Shown: positions 1-11,016 of the stretch, piece after piece
Position numbering within the stretch: the first letter of the stretch is position 1
Layout of the letters: each line of letters opens with the position of its first letter
Assembly (NCBI RefSeq): GCF_041886205.1
Contig: NZ_CP169029.1
From: Escherichia coli
GTDB taxonomy: Bacteria > Pseudomonadota > Gammaproteobacteria > Enterobacterales > Enterobacteriaceae
DNA: 64,000 bases
Direction: 5' to 3' (one strand)
Translations under genes and position numbers: made by a program
The notes under the pieces: generated by a model
Databases searched by the model: none
What the model saw: only the letters and a program-made list of their open reading frames with translations
Told to the model about the DNA's origin: nothing

Positions 1-45
1 TAAAGAGACTTTTTACGTTTGTAAACCATCACAAGGAGCAGGACA

Positions 46-1086
46 GTGCTGAACGAAACTCCCGCACTGGCACCCGATGGTCAGCCGTACCGACTGTTAA
101 CTTTGCGTAACAACGCAGGGATGGTAGTCACGCTGATGGACTGGGGTGCGACTTTACTTTCCGCCCGTATTCCGCTTTCCGATGGCAGCGTCCGCGAGGC
201 GCTGCTCGGCTGTGCCAGCCCGGAATGCTATCAGGATCAGGCCGCGTTTCTGGGGGCCTCTATTGGTCGTTATGCCAACCGTATCGCCAATAGCCGTTAT
301 ACCTTTGACGGTGAAACCGTGACGCTTTCGCCAAGTCAGGGCGTTAACCAGCTGCACGGCGGGCCGGAAGGGTTCGACAAACGTCGCTGGCAGATTGTGA
401 ACCAGAACGATCGTCAGGTGCTGTTTGCCCTGAGTTCAGATGATGGTGATCAGGGCTTCCCGGGTAATCTCGGCGCGACGGTGCAATATCGTCTGACCGA
501 CGATAACCGTATCTCCATTACTTATCGCGCCACAGTTGATAAACCTTGCCCGGTGAATATGACTAATCACGTCTATTTCAATCTTGACGGCGAGCACTCT
601 GACGTGCGCAATCACAAGTTGCAGATTCTGGCGGACGAATATCTGCCGGTTGATGAAGGCGGCATTCCGCACGACGGCCTGAAATCTGTCGCCGGAACGT
701 CTTTTGATTTCCGCAGCGCCAAAATCATCGCCAGTGAGTTTCTTGCCGACGACGATCAGCGCAAAGTGAAAGGTTACGATCACGCATTCTTGTTACAGGC
801 CAAAGGCGATGGCAAGAAAGTGGCGGCGCATGTCTGGTCAGCAGATGAAAAATTGCAGCTGAAGGTCTACACCACCGCTCCGGCTCTGCAATTCTACTCC
901 GGCAACTTCCTCGGCGGCACACCGTCGCGGGGAACCGAACCTTACGCCGACTGGCAAGGGCTGGCTCTGGAAAGCGAGTTTCTACCGGACAGCCCGAACC
1001 ACCCTGAATGGCCGCAACCGGACTGCTTCCTGCGTCCTGGCGAAGAGTATTCCAGCCTGACGGAATATCAGTTTATTGCTGAGTAA
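46..1086 (+). CDS. galM: aldose 1-epimerase (galactose mutarotase)
   Basis: 346 aa ORF whose sequence matches remembered E. coli GalM; GTG start at 46 preceded by AGGAG; last gene of gal operon. Confidence 0.9.
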   Translation: MLNETPALAPDGQPYRLLTLRNNAGMVVTLMDWGATLLSARIPLSDGSVREALLGCASPECYQDQAAFLGASIGRYANRIANSRYTFDGETVTLSPSQGVNQLHGGPEGFDKRRWQIVNQNDRQVLFALSSDDGDQGFPGNLGATVQYRLTDDNRISITYRATVDKPCPVNMTNHVYFNLDGEHSDVRNHKLQILADEYLPVDEGGIPHDGLKSVAGTSFDFRSAKIIASEFLADDDQRKVKGYDHAFLLQAKGDGKKVAAHVWSADEKLQLKVYTTAPALQFYSGNFLGGTPSRGTEPYADWQGLALESEFLPDSPNHPEWPQPDCFLRPGEEYSSLTEYQFIAE

Positions 1087-1090
1087 TGTT

Positions 1091-1112
1091 AAGCCCTCGT
1101 CATGAGGGCTTT
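1091..1112 (+). terminator. hairpin downstream of galM (aagccctc-gtcat-gagggctt), weak U tract
   Basis: Inverted repeat directly after galM stop. Confidence 0.4.
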
Positions 1113-1241
1113 ATCTCATATTGTTCAAATCACCAGCAAACACCGACATATTTGCAACTCAATATTCACAACAACCTTACACTGCGCCACTATTTTCGCT
1201 ATGGTTATGCGTAAGCATTGCTGTTGCTTCGTCGCGGCAAT

Positions 1242-1264
1242 ATAATGAGAATTATTATCATTAA
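1242..1264 (+). promoter_or_regulatory. putative Fur box upstream of gpmA
   Basis: aatgagaattattatcatt resembles the Fur consensus GATAATGATAATCATTATC; gpmA is remembered as Fur-regulated. Confidence 0.4.
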
Positions 1265-1287
1265 AAGATGATTTGAGGAGTAAGTAT

Positions 1288-2040
1288 ATGGCTGTAACTA
1301 AGCTGGTTCTGGTTCGTCATGGCGAAAGTCAGTGGAACAAAGAAAACCGTTTCACCGGTTGGTACGACGTGGATCTGTCTGAGAAAGGCGTAAGCGAAGC
1401 AAAAGCAGCAGGTAAGCTGCTGAAAGAGGAAGGTTACAGCTTTGACTTTGCTTACACTTCTGTGCTGAAACGCGCTATCCATACCCTGTGGAATGTGCTG
1501 GACGAACTGGATCAGGCATGGCTGCCCGTTGAGAAATCCTGGAAACTGAACGAACGTCACTACGGTGCGTTGCAGGGTCTGAACAAAGCGGAAACTGCTG
1601 AAAAGTATGGCGACGAGCAGGTGAAACAGTGGCGTCGTGGTTTTGCAGTGACTCCGCCGGAACTGACTAAAGATGATGAGCGTTATCCGGGTCACGATCC
1701 GCGTTACGCGAAACTGAGCGAGAAAGAACTGCCGCTGACGGAAAGCCTGGCGCTGACCATTGACCGCGTGATCCCTTACTGGAATGAAACTATTCTGCCG
1801 CGTATGAAGAGCGGTGAGCGCGTGATCATCGCTGCACACGGTAACTCTTTACGTGCGCTGGTGAAATATCTTGATAACATGAGCGAAGAAGAGATTCTTG
1901 AGCTTAATATCCCGACTGGCGTGCCGCTGGTGTATGAGTTCGACGAGAATTTCAAACCGCTGAAACGCTATTATCTGGGTAATGCTGACGAGATCGCAGC
2001 GAAAGCAGCGGCGGTTGCAAACCAGGGTAAAGCGAAGTAA
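1288..2040 (+). CDS. gpmA: 2,3-bisphosphoglycerate-dependent phosphoglycerate mutase
   Basis: Start moved to ATG 1288 ([20 protein letters not shown] histidine phosphatase motif) with GAGGAG RBS; 250 aa. Confidence 0.92.
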
Positions 2041-2063
2041 ACGTCATTCGTTTAAAATGAGAA

Positions 2064-2091
2064 AGCCGACTGCAAGTGAGTCGGCTTTTTT
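2064..2091 (+). terminator. rho-independent terminator of gpmA
   Basis: GC stem gccgact/agtcggc followed by TTTTTT. Confidence 0.7.
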
Positions 2092-2111
2092 GTTGCTAAC
2101 AATGGAGCACA

Positions 2112-2190
2112 TTGCCTGATGCGACGCTGCGCGACTTATCAGGCCTGTGGTGATTCATCGGATACGCCACTCTGACGGCGCATCCGACAA
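2112..2190. repeat. REP (repetitive extragenic palindromic) element
   Basis: gcctgatgcgacgc...cttatcaggcc motif typical of E. coli REP units. Confidence 0.6.
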
Positions 2191-2197
2191 TTAAACC

Positions 2198-3250
2198 TTA
2201 CCCGCGACGCGCTTTTACTGCATTCGCCAGTTGACGTAACAGAGCATCGGTATCTTCCCAGCCGATGCAGGCATCGGTGATGCTCTTACCGTAGGCCAGC
2301 GGCTCCCCGCTCTCGAGGCTCTGATTGCCTTCCACCAGATGGCTTTCCACCATCACGCCAATAATGGCCTTTTCGCCACCGGCAATCTGCTGGCAAACGT
2401 CAGCACAAACATCCATCTGCTTTTTGAATTGTTTGGACGAGTTAGCATGGCTGAAATCGATCATCACCTGTGCTGGCAGGCCTGCTTTGTTCAGCCCTTC
2501 TTTCACTTCAGCAACGTGCTTCGCGCTGTAGTTAGGCTCTTTACCGCCGCGCAGAATGATATGGCAATCGCCGTTACCGCTGGTATTCACAATCGCCGAA
2601 TGCCCCCATTTCGTTACGGACAGGAAGCAGTGCGGCGCACCGGCGGCATTAATGGCATCGATAGCCACTTTAATCGTACCGTCGGTGCCATTTTTGAAGC
2701 CGACCGGACAAGAAAGCCCTGATGCCAGTTCGCGGTGCACCTGCGATTCGGTGGTACGTGCGCCAATTGCGCCCCAGCTCATCAGGTCAGCGAGATATTG
2801 TGGGGTGATCATATCGAGAAACTCACCTGCCGCTGGCAGACCGCTGTCGTTAATATCAAGCAGCAATTTACGGGCTATACGCAGACCGTCGTTGATCTGG
2901 AAGCTATTATCCATATGCGGATCGTTAATCAGCCCTTTCCAGCCCACCGTGGTACGCGGCTTTTCAAAATAGACGCGCATTACGATTTCCAGCTCATCTT
3001 TCAGCTCTTCACGCAGCGCCAGCAAGCGAGTGGCATACTCTTTTGCCGCGACAGGATCATGAATTGAGCATGGGCCAATCACAACCAACAGGCGATCATC
3101 ATTACCTTTCAGGATCTTATGGATCGCTTTTCGGGCATGGGCAACCGTATTCGCGGCATTTTCAGTAGCGGGGAATTTTTCCAGCAATGCGACAGGAGGA
3201 AGTAACTCTTTGATTTCTTTGATGCGTAAATCGTCGTTCTGATAATTCAT
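2198..3250 (-). CDS. aroG: 3-deoxy-D-arabino-heptulosonate-7-phosphate synthase, Phe-sensitive
   Basis: 350 aa ORF beginning MNYQNDDLRIKEIKELLPP; matches remembered AroG. Confidence 0.93.
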   Translation of the reverse strand: MNYQNDDLRIKEIKELLPPVALLEKFPATENAANTVAHARKAIHKILKGNDDRLLVVIGPCSIHDPVAAKEYATRLLALREELKDELEIVMRVYFEKPRTTVGWKGLINDPHMDNSFQINDGLRIARKLLLDINDSGLPAAGEFLDMITPQYLADLMSWGAIGARTTESQVHRELASGLSCPVGFKNGTDGTIKVAIDAINAAGAPHCFLSVTKWGHSAIVNTSGNGDCHIILRGGKEPNYSAKHVAEVKEGLNKAGLPAQVMIDFSHANSSKQFKKQMDVCADVCQQIAGGEKAIIGVMVESHLVEGNQSLESGEPLAYGKSITDACIGWEDTDALLRQLANAVKARRG

Positions 3251-3320
3251 GTCTGTTCCAGTGTTGCCATACTTATCTTAGTGAATGCAATACTTCCAAT
3301 CTATATCTTCCGTCAGAATG

Positions 3321-3338
3321 TGTAAACGGGGTTTTACA
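3321..3338. promoter_or_regulatory. TyrR box (TGTAAA-N6-TTTACA) in aroG promoter
   Basis: tgtaaacggggttttaca directly upstream of aroG on its promoter side. Confidence 0.6.
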
Positions 3339-3565
3339 CTATGAACGGATTAATCCTGGAATTAGCAAGAAAAACGCCAGATTGTCGCGAAAAACGAGAT
3401 CTCTCCTACAATTTCTAACTGTAACTCCTTTGTTTGTTAATTATTTCAAGATTCTCTGCTGCGTTTCATAACCTGGCTGAAATCTTAAACCAATGCCTTA
3501 TATTCACCTGCAAATGCACTGTTGGAAGAGGTTATCCGACATAACGACCATAACAGGAGCATCCT

Positions 3566-3946
3566 ATGAAAATGACAAAACTGGCCACATTATTTCTGAC
3601 TGCCACTCTAAGCCTTGCCAGCGGTGCCGCACTGGCTGCCGATAGCGGAGCGCAAACTAATAACGGCCAGGCAAACGCCGCAGCTGATGCGGGCCAGGTA
3701 GCCCCTGACGCCCGTGAAAATGTCGCGCCAAATAACGTCGACAATAACGGGGTAAATACCGGTTCTGGCGGCACAATGCTGCATTCGGATGGTTCTTCAA
3801 TGAACAATGACGGAATGACCAAAGATGAAGAGCACAAGAACACCATGTGCAAAGATGGTCGCTGTCCGGATATCAATAAAAAGGTACAAACCGGTGATGG
3901 CATCAATAATGATGTCGATACCAAAACCGACGGTACCACGCAGTAA
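3566..3946 (+). CDS. ybgS: secreted/periplasmic protein YbgS (signal peptide, low-complexity N/D/G-rich)
   Basis: 126 aa ORF with N-terminal signal peptide [24 protein letters not shown]; conserved position between aroG and zitB. Confidence 0.8.
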
Positions 3947-3967
3947 CCCTGCAAAATAGCCAATAAT

Positions 3968-3997
3968 GGGAGAGCGGAGTCTCTCCCTTTTAATTTT
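3968..3997 (+). terminator. rho-independent terminator of ybgS
   Basis: gggagag-cggagt-ctctccc hairpin followed by T-rich tract. Confidence 0.6.
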
Positions 3998-4059
3998 TCA
4001 CTTCTAAAAGCAGTATGATGTCATAAAGTTAAGTGAGAATAATTAAGGGATGACTCGTC

Positions 4060-4995
4060 ATGGCGCACTCACACACGTCCTCACACCTGCCAGAAGATAA
4101 TAATGCTCGTCGCTTGTTGTATGCTTTCGGCGTGACTGCCGGGTTTATGCTGGTAGAAGTCGTTGGTGGTTTTCTTTCTGGTTCTCTGGCATTGCTGGCC
4201 GATGCGGGTCATATGTTGACCGATACTGCCGCCCTGCTTTTCGCCCTACTCGCCGTGCAATTTTCACGTCGTCCTCCCACCATTCGCCACACTTTCGGTT
4301 GGCTAAGACTGACCACGCTCGCGGCGTTTGTGAATGCCATAGCCCTCGTGGTAATTACCATTTTGATTGTCTGGGAGGCGATAGAACGCTTCCGCACGCC
4401 GCGTCCGGTCGAGGGCGGCATGATGATGGCAATTGCCGTGGCTGGGTTGCTGGCAAATATACTTTCTTTCTGGTTACTTCATCACGGCAGCGAAGAGAAA
4501 AACCTCAACGTACGAGCAGCGGCACTGCATGTGCTCGGGGACCTGCTGGGTTCGGTTGGGGCTATTATTGCCGCGTTGATTATTATCTGGACTGGCTGGA
4601 CACCTGCTGACCCCATTCTCTCGATACTGGTGTCGCTTCTGGTTCTGCGTAGCGCGTGGCGACTGTTGAAAGATAGCGTGAATGAATTACTTGAAGGTGC
4701 ACCGGTATCGCTGGATATCGCTGAACTGAAGCGTCGTATGTGCCGGGAAATCCCGGAAGTCCGCAATGTGCACCATGTACATGTATGGATGGTAGGCGAG
4801 AAGCCGGTGATGACGTTGCATGTGCAGGTGATCCCGCCACACGATCACGATGCCTTGTTGGATCAGATCCAACACTACCTGATGGATCACTATCAGATTG
4901 AGCACGCCACCATTCAGATGGAATATCAACCTTGTCATGGGCCAGACTGCCACCTGAATGAAGGGGTGTCTGGCCATTCACATCATCACCATTAA
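4060..4995 (+). CDS. zitB: zinc efflux cation diffusion facilitator
   Basis: 311 aa CDF-family membrane protein with His-rich C-terminus (HSHHHH); matches ZitB and K-12 gene order. Confidence 0.9.
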   Translation: MAHSHTSSHLPEDNNARRLLYAFGVTAGFMLVEVVGGFLSGSLALLADAGHMLTDTAALLFALLAVQFSRRPPTIRHTFGWLRLTTLAAFVNAIALVVITILIVWEAIERFRTPRPVEGGMMMAIAVAGLLANILSFWLLHHGSEEKNLNVRAAALHVLGDLLGSVGAIIAALIIIWTGWTPADPILSILVSLLVLRSAWRLLKDSVNELLEGAPVSLDIAELKRRMCREIPEVRNVHHVHVWMVGEKPVMTLHVQVIPPHDHDALLDQIQHYLMDHYQIEHATIQMEYQPCHGPDCHLNEGVSGHSHHHH

Positions 4996-5711
4996 TGGGA
5001 CAGCGCGCGTGAGCCTCTTTCACGTGCGCTGTTGATCCACATCCGGCTGCCGTTGAGCGCAATAAAGGTCAGGATGATGTACTCCAGAGACATGGCGTAA
5101 ACGCCCTGAAGTGCAAAAATAACGACGCTAATCACGTTAATAATCACCCACAACAGCCAGTTTTCCACATACTTACGCGTCATCAGAATCATTGCCACGA
5201 TAGATAACACCATCATGCATGAATCCCAGAACGGGAAAGCGTCCGGTTGCAGTTCAGGCATCACAACCTGTAATCCTAATGCTTGCATGATCATGACTGC
5301 CACGCGGGTCAAAAATGCAAACACCGGATTGATAAATACCGTCATCAGACCAATCGAAACAACGCAAACCGCCAACCAGCTGAGTGCCTTCGGCAATGGC
5401 AACCAGCGAATTTTCAACTCCGCCTCGTTCTGACTGGTTTGTCGCGACCACGCATACCAACCGTAAATATTCGCGGCAAAGAAAAACACCTGTAATAGCA
5501 GGCTGGCATACAGCTGAATCTGAAAGAAAATAATGCCAAACAAGGTGACGTTGATCAGGCCAAAGAAGTAGTTGCTGATCTTCTCCAGACTGGCAAGGCC
5601 AATACACAGCAACCCGGCGATCGTGCCTACCGCTTCGATCCATGAGAGATCATAACCGCCTGCCCCTATTGGTATATGTACCAGGATATTCTGCACACTA
5701 AAAAAATCCAT
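4992..5711 (-). CDS. pnuC: nicotinamide riboside transporter
   Basis: 239 aa multi-pass membrane protein, convergent with zitB; matches PnuC. Confidence 0.9.
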   Translation of the reverse strand: MDFFSVQNILVHIPIGAGGYDLSWIEAVGTIAGLLCIGLASLEKISNYFFGLINVTLFGIIFFQIQLYASLLLQVFFFAANIYGWYAWSRQTSQNEAELKIRWLPLPKALSWLAVCVVSIGLMTVFINPVFAFLTRVAVMIMQALGLQVVMPELQPDAFPFWDSCMMVLSIVAMILMTRKYVENWLLWVIINVISVVIFALQGVYAMSLEYIILTFIALNGSRMWINSARERGSRALSH

Positions 5712-5748
5712 CTTTCCCCCAAAGCGTAACGTTACGCCTTATTATTCG

Positions 5749-6792
5749 TTATCCACGTAGTGTAGCCGCAAAATCCAGCATACGATTGAGCGGCACCAGC
5801 GCCCTCTCTCGCAGCCTTTCATCAACATGAACCTCGTGATTGCTTCCTTCCTGTTCTAATGCCTCTGCGATGGCCTGAAGGCCATTCATGGCCATCCACG
5901 GACAATGCGCGCAGCTGCGGCAGGTTGCACCCTCACCTGCGGTTGGTGCTTCCAGTAACTCTTTATCTGGCACCGCCTGCTGCATTTTGTAGAAAATACC
6001 CCGATCGGTTGCCACAATAAGCCTCTGATGTGGCAATGTTTTCGCAGCAGCGATCAGTTGACTGGTGGAACCGACCGCATCCGCCATATCGACAATAGCT
6101 TGTGGTGATTCTGGATGCACCAGTATGGCAGCATCCGGGTATTCTTCTTGCAAGCGGGTTAACGCCTGAGTCTTAAATTCATCATGCACAATACAGGCAC
6201 CCTGCCAGCATAGAATGTCTCCACCCGTCTGTTTTTGCACGTAACGCCCCAGATGTTTGTCGGGTGCCCAGATGATTTTTTCACCCAAACTATCAAGATG
6301 ATCAATAAGTTCGACGGCAATGCTTGAAGTTACCACCCAATCTGCGCGCGCTTTTACCGCAGCAGAAGTGTTGGCGTAGACGACGACAGTACGATCGGGA
6401 TGGGCATCGCAAAATGCGTTAAATTCTTCAACAGGGCAGCCGAGATCCAGTGAACATTCAGCCTGAAGTGTCGGCATCAGAATTGTTTTTTCCGGACTGA
6501 GAATTTTGGCGGTTTCTCCCATAAATCTCACCCCAGCGACTAACAAAGTAGAAGCGGGATGCTTTGCACCGAAGCGCGCCATTTCCAGAGAATCAGAAAT
6601 ACAGCCACCGGTTTCTTCTGCCAGTTGTTGAATTTCGGGATCGGTATAGTAGTGGGCAACCATCACCGCATTACGTTCTTTTAGCAGACGTTTTATCTTC
6701 TCGCGGTAATACGCTTTTTCATCAATGCTTAACGGCGTCGGCTTCGGGGGGAAAGGATAAATCGCCGTGTCTGGATCAAACATTACGCTCAT
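5749..6792 (-). CDS. nadA: quinolinate synthase A
   Basis: 347 aa ORF beginning [18 protein letters not shown]; matches NadA; nadA-pnuC operon arrangement. Confidence 0.93.
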
Positions 6793-6864
6793 CTTACCAT
6801 CTCGTTTTACAGGCTTAACGTTAAAACCGACATTAGCGTAATATTCGCTGTTATCGGTGTAATT

Positions 6865-6882
6865 TGTTTTATATGCTAAACA
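6865..6882. promoter_or_regulatory. putative NadR operator (TGTTTT-N6-TAAACA palindrome) upstream of nadA
   Basis: Palindrome tgttttatatgctaaaca about 75 bp upstream of the nadA start. Confidence 0.4.
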
Positions 6883-7037
6883 AGATAGTCGAATGGTGGG
6901 GAAAAGTCACTCGAATTACGTATGAGATGCCGAATGCCACACTTTGCGTCTTATTCCTCCGACGTAAAGTTGTTTACGCAGCAAGCGCGGAGTATGTCAT
7001 CAGGGTCAAGAATTGAAATTGAGAGATGCCTGAATAG

Positions 7038-7066
7038 CAAAAAAGCGCCTTTAGGGCGCTTTTTTA
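7038..7066 (-). terminator. rho-independent terminator of the lysT tRNA operon
   Basis: gcgcc/ggcgc hairpin with T tract on the minus strand immediately after the last tRNA. Confidence 0.7.
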
Positions 7067-7069
7067 CAT

Positions 7070-7145
7070 TGGTGGGTCGTGCAGGATTCGAACCTGCGAC
7101 CAATTGATTAAAAGTCAACTGCTCTACCAACTGAGCTAACGACCC
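7070..7145 (-). tRNA. lysQ: tRNA-Lys (UUU)
   Basis: Reverse complement matches E. coli tRNA-Lys including anticodon loop (ttaaaag = cUUUUaa) and CCA end. Confidence 0.93.
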
Positions 7146-7277
7146 CTTGCGGGATTATGCTGCTTTAATCATTCAGGATGGTGGGTCGTGCAGGATGACT
7201 GGACTTCGTCTCGCCCTTCGGGCCGTTGCTAACGCAACGTTATCCTTCACGTTCTCTACCAGTAACCACCTTTAAAT

Positions 7278-7353
7278 TGGTGGGTCGTGCAGGATTCGAA
7301 CCTGCGACCAATTGATTAAAAGTCAACTGCTCTACCAACTGAGCTAACGACCC
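7278..7353 (-). tRNA. lysZ: tRNA-Lys (UUU)
   Basis: Identical tRNA-Lys copy. Confidence 0.93.
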
Positions 7354-7499
7354 ATATGGGTGTTACCTGAAAGATTTCTACTCGGAACCAATCTTTAAAA
7401 TTGGTGGCTCGTGCAGGATGACTCGCTTCGCTCGCCCTACGGGCCGTTGCTGGCGTAACGTTATCCTTCACGCTTAACATCTGAGTTTGATGTTAAAAC

Positions 7500-7575
7500 T
7501 GGTGGGTCGTGCAGGATTCGAACCTGCGACCAATTGATTAAAAGTCAACTGCTCTACCAACTGAGCTAACGACCC
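7500..7575 (-). tRNA. lysY: tRNA-Lys (UUU)
   Basis: Identical tRNA-Lys copy. Confidence 0.93.
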
Positions 7576-7578
7576 GAG

Positions 7579-7654
7579 TGGTGGGTGATGACGGGATCGA
7601 ACCGCCGACCCCCTCCTTGTAAGGGAGGTGCTCTCCCAGCTGAGCTAATCACCC
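7579..7654 (-). tRNA. valZ: tRNA-Val (UAC)
   Basis: Reverse complement matches E. coli tRNA-Val1 (anticodon region ccttgtaaggg) with CCA end. Confidence 0.92.
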
Positions 7655-7705
7655 GATACTGCGCTGGATACTACAAACTACTTCCACCGAACCCACCGTA
7701 ATTAG

Positions 7706-7781
7706 TGGTGGGTCGTGCAGGATTCGAACCTGCGACCAATTGATTAAAAGTCAACTGCTCTACCAACTGAGCTAACGACCC
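7706..7781 (-). tRNA. lysW: tRNA-Lys (UUU)
   Basis: Identical tRNA-Lys copy. Confidence 0.93.
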
Positions 7782-7783
7782 GG

Positions 7784-7859
7784 TGGTGGGTGATGACGGG
7801 ATCGAACCGCCGACCCCCTCCTTGTAAGGGAGGTGCTCTCCCAGCTGAGCTAATCACCC
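7784..7859 (-). tRNA. valT: tRNA-Val (UAC)
   Basis: Identical tRNA-Val copy. Confidence 0.92.
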
Positions 7860-7994
7860 AATACTACGCTGGATACTACAACTAACTATGTTAGTGGTGG
7901 GTCGTGCAGGATGACTCGACTTCGTCTCGCCCTTCGGGCCGTTGCTGATGCAACGTTATCCTTCACGTTTTACTACCGCTTCCACCTTAGCGAT

Positions 7995-8070
7995 TGGTGG
8001 GTCGTGCAGGATTCGAACCTGCGACCAATTGATTAAAAGTCAACTGCTCTACCAACTGAGCTAACGACCC
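7995..8070 (-). tRNA. lysT: tRNA-Lys (UUU)
   Basis: Identical tRNA-Lys copy; first gene of the operon on the minus strand. Confidence 0.93.
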
Positions 8071-8234
8071 ACTTTTTCGTTGCTTTCGGTTTGTTTGATA
8101 TCCCGTGGCAACGGCGGCATATATTACTGATTTCAGACTTGAGCGCAACAAAAATTTCGATGCAGATCACTCAACTGCTTATGATTCGCACGACACGACC
8201 AGAAATAATGCGACTTCTGGTCGTGTGTTATGCA

Positions 8235-9026
8235 TTACATCGCGTTCAGACGTTTTTGTGCCTGTTTAGCGCCATCAGTACCAGGGTATTTACTGATAAC
8301 CTGCTGGTATACGGCTTTCGCTTTTGCGGTGTCACCTTTGTCCTGCATGATGACGCCGACTTTAAACATCGCATCAGCAGCCTTTGGTGACTTCGGATAG
8401 TTTTTCACTACCGAAGCAAAATAGTACGCCGCATCATCTTTTTTACCCTTGTTGTAGTTTAACTGACCCAGCCAATAATTGGCGTTTGGCAGGTAAGTTG
8501 AATCAGGGTAATTTTTGATGAAATTCTGAAATGCCACCATTGCGTCATCCTGGCGGGATTTATCCTGCACCAGCGCAATAGCTGCATTGTAATCCGTGTT
8601 TGCATCGCCGCTTTTCACCGGCGCGCCAGCATTCGCAGTACCAGCATCAGCTGTCGGCGTCGTTGATGCCGCCGCACCGCTTTGATCGCTGCTGGTTGAT
8701 TGCGCCGCTGCACCACCGCTGCTGAGGCTGTCGATCTGCAACAGGATCTGCTTTTGCCGCTCCACGACCTGATTCAGTTGATACTGATTTTCCTGAATCT
8801 GACCACGCAGGGAATCAATATCGGATTGATTATCAGAAAGTTGTTGCTGGAGTTGGGTTAAAAGCTGGCTGTGAGCATTAGAAATACGCTCAAGTTGAGT
8901 GACGCGGTCTTCGACCGAGCCTGAGCCGACACTACTGATTGGTGCCTGAGCAAAAGCGGCCCAGGGGGCCGCTATACCAACCAGTAACGACAGACTCAAT
9001 AGTTGATGTCTGAAGTTACTGCTCAT
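8235..9026 (-). CDS. cpoB: cell division coordinator CpoB (YbgF), TPR periplasmic protein
   Basis: 263 aa, signal peptide, coiled-coil Q-rich region then TPR repeats; last gene of tol-pal cluster. Confidence 0.9.
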   Translation of the reverse strand: MSSNFRHQLLSLSLLVGIAAPWAAFAQAPISSVGSGSVEDRVTQLERISNAHSQLLTQLQQQLSDNQSDIDSLRGQIQENQYQLNQVVERQKQILLQIDSLSSGGAAAQSTSSDQSGAAASTTPTADAGTANAGAPVKSGDANTDYNAAIALVQDKSRQDDAMVAFQNFIKNYPDSTYLPNANYWLGQLNYNKGKKDDAAYYFASVVKNYPKSPKAADAMFKVGVIMQDKGDTAKAKAVYQQVISKYPGTDGAKQAQKRLNAM

Positions 9027-9035
9027 GCAATTCTC

Positions 9036-9581
<546 letters not shown>

Positions 9582-9591
9582 TTAATTATTA

Positions 9592-10884
9592 TCACAGATA
9601 CGGCGACCAGGCAGGGAATTTGACCTGTCCATCAGTTGCCGGAAGACGCGCTTTGAAACGCCCATCTGTAGAAACCAAATTCAGCACGGATCCCATCCCC
9701 TGAGAAGAGCTGTAGATTACCATAGTGCCGTTAGGTGCCAGACTTGGCGTTTCATCCAGGAACGTGGACGACAGAACTTGTACGCCTCCCGTTGCCAGAT
9801 CTTGTTTGGCAATGTGCTGCTGCCCACCATTGGAGCTGACCATTACCATAAATTTACCGTCGCTGCTGACATCCGCATCCTGGTTCTGCGAACCTTCCCA
9901 GGTAATACGTTGTGGCGCACCGCCGTTGATATTCACTTTATAAACCTGCGGACGACCGGCCTGGTCAGAAGTAAATGCCAGGTTCTGGCTATCCGGGAAC
10001 CAGGTCGGTTCGGTATTGTTACTGCGACCATCAGTCACCTGGCGGATCTGACCAGAAGCCAAATCCATTACGTACAGGTTCAGACTACCGGTTTTCGACA
10101 AGGCGAATGCCAGTTTGCTGCCGTCTGGCGAGAATGCAGGTGCACCGTTGTGACGCGGGAATGAAGCCACCTGACGTACAGCGCCATTTGCCAGCGTCTG
10201 AATAACCAGCGCGGAACGACCGCTTTCGAAGGTCACATAAGCCAGTTTAGAACCGTCTGGTGACCACGCCGGAGACATCAGCGGCTGCGGTGAACGGTGA
10301 ACGACAAACTGGTTGTAACCGTCATAGTCAGATACGCGCAGTTCATACGGGAACTGACCGCCGTTGGTCTGAACAACGTAGGCAATACGAGTACGGAACG
10401 CACCTTTAATGCCGGTCAGTTTTTCAAACACTTCATCACTGGCGGTATGACCAGCATAACGCAGCCACTGCTTGTTCACTTTGTACGAGTTCTGAGCAAG
10501 TACAGTACCCGGTGCGCCGCCAGTGTCAACAAGTTGATAAGCAACATTGTAAGAACCATCCGGATTCGGAGTGACCTGACCGACAACTACAGCGTCAATG
10601 CCCAGTGCGGACCATGCAGCTGGTTGTACTTCCTGCGCACTACCCGGCTGCTGTGGCAGACGAGCGCGATCTAACGGATTAAATTTACCGCTGTTACGCA
10701 AGTCAGCAGCAACGATGCCGCCAATATCTTCAGGTGCCGCACCAGGCCCCGCCCACTGGAAAGGAACAACACCAATAGGACGACCGGAATCTACACCGCT
10801 GTCGATCACAATGCGGACTTCAGCATGCAGAACTGATGCCCACAGTATGAGAAAACCAAATGCTACTCGTAATGCCTGCTTCAT
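9592..10884 (-). CDS. tolB: Tol-Pal system periplasmic beta-propeller protein TolB
   Basis: 430 aa from [21 protein letters not shown]; matches TolB. Confidence 0.92.
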   Translation of the reverse strand: MKQALRVAFGFLILWASVLHAEVRIVIDSGVDSGRPIGVVPFQWAGPGAAPEDIGGIVAADLRNSGKFNPLDRARLPQQPGSAQEVQPAAWSALGIDAVVVGQVTPNPDGSYNVAYQLVDTGGAPGTVLAQNSYKVNKQWLRYAGHTASDEVFEKLTGIKGAFRTRIAYVVQTNGGQFPYELRVSDYDGYNQFVVHRSPQPLMSPAWSPDGSKLAYVTFESGRSALVIQTLANGAVRQVASFPRHNGAPAFSPDGSKLAFALSKTGSLNLYVMDLASGQIRQVTDGRSNNTEPTWFPDSQNLAFTSDQAGRPQVYKVNINGGAPQRITWEGSQNQDADVSSDGKFMVMVSSNGGQQHIAKQDLATGGVQVLSSTFLDETPSLAPNGTMVIYSSSQGMGSVLNLVSTDGRFKARLPATDGQVKFPAWSPYL

Positions 10885-11016
10885 CATATCTCCCTTATCT
10901 GGACCGATGGCCCACGATAATTTAGCAGAATGTTAACAAACTAAAATACACAAAACTACCAGAACCCCGTGGCAACCGGTGCCTGATGTTGACCGTCCGA
11001 ACAGTCAACATCGCGA

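Larger units (their letters stand above)
7183..7975 (-). repeat. three ~70 bp spacer repeats inside the tRNA operon (7183-7253, 7396-7470, 7904-7975)
   Basis: Each begins with tggtgggtcgtgcaggatgact, copying the tRNA-Lys 3' end and then diverging (...cgggccgttgct..acgttatccttcacg). Confidence 0.7.

Noticed and set aside
6922-7107. 61 aa ORF overlapping the tRNA operon terminator and the first tRNA-Lys
   Set aside because: Runs through a terminator hairpin and into a tRNA gene; spurious.
8091-8390. 99 aa plus-strand ORF next to the tRNA operon
   Set aside because: Overlaps the lysT promoter region and the 3' end of cpoB in antisense; no RBS.
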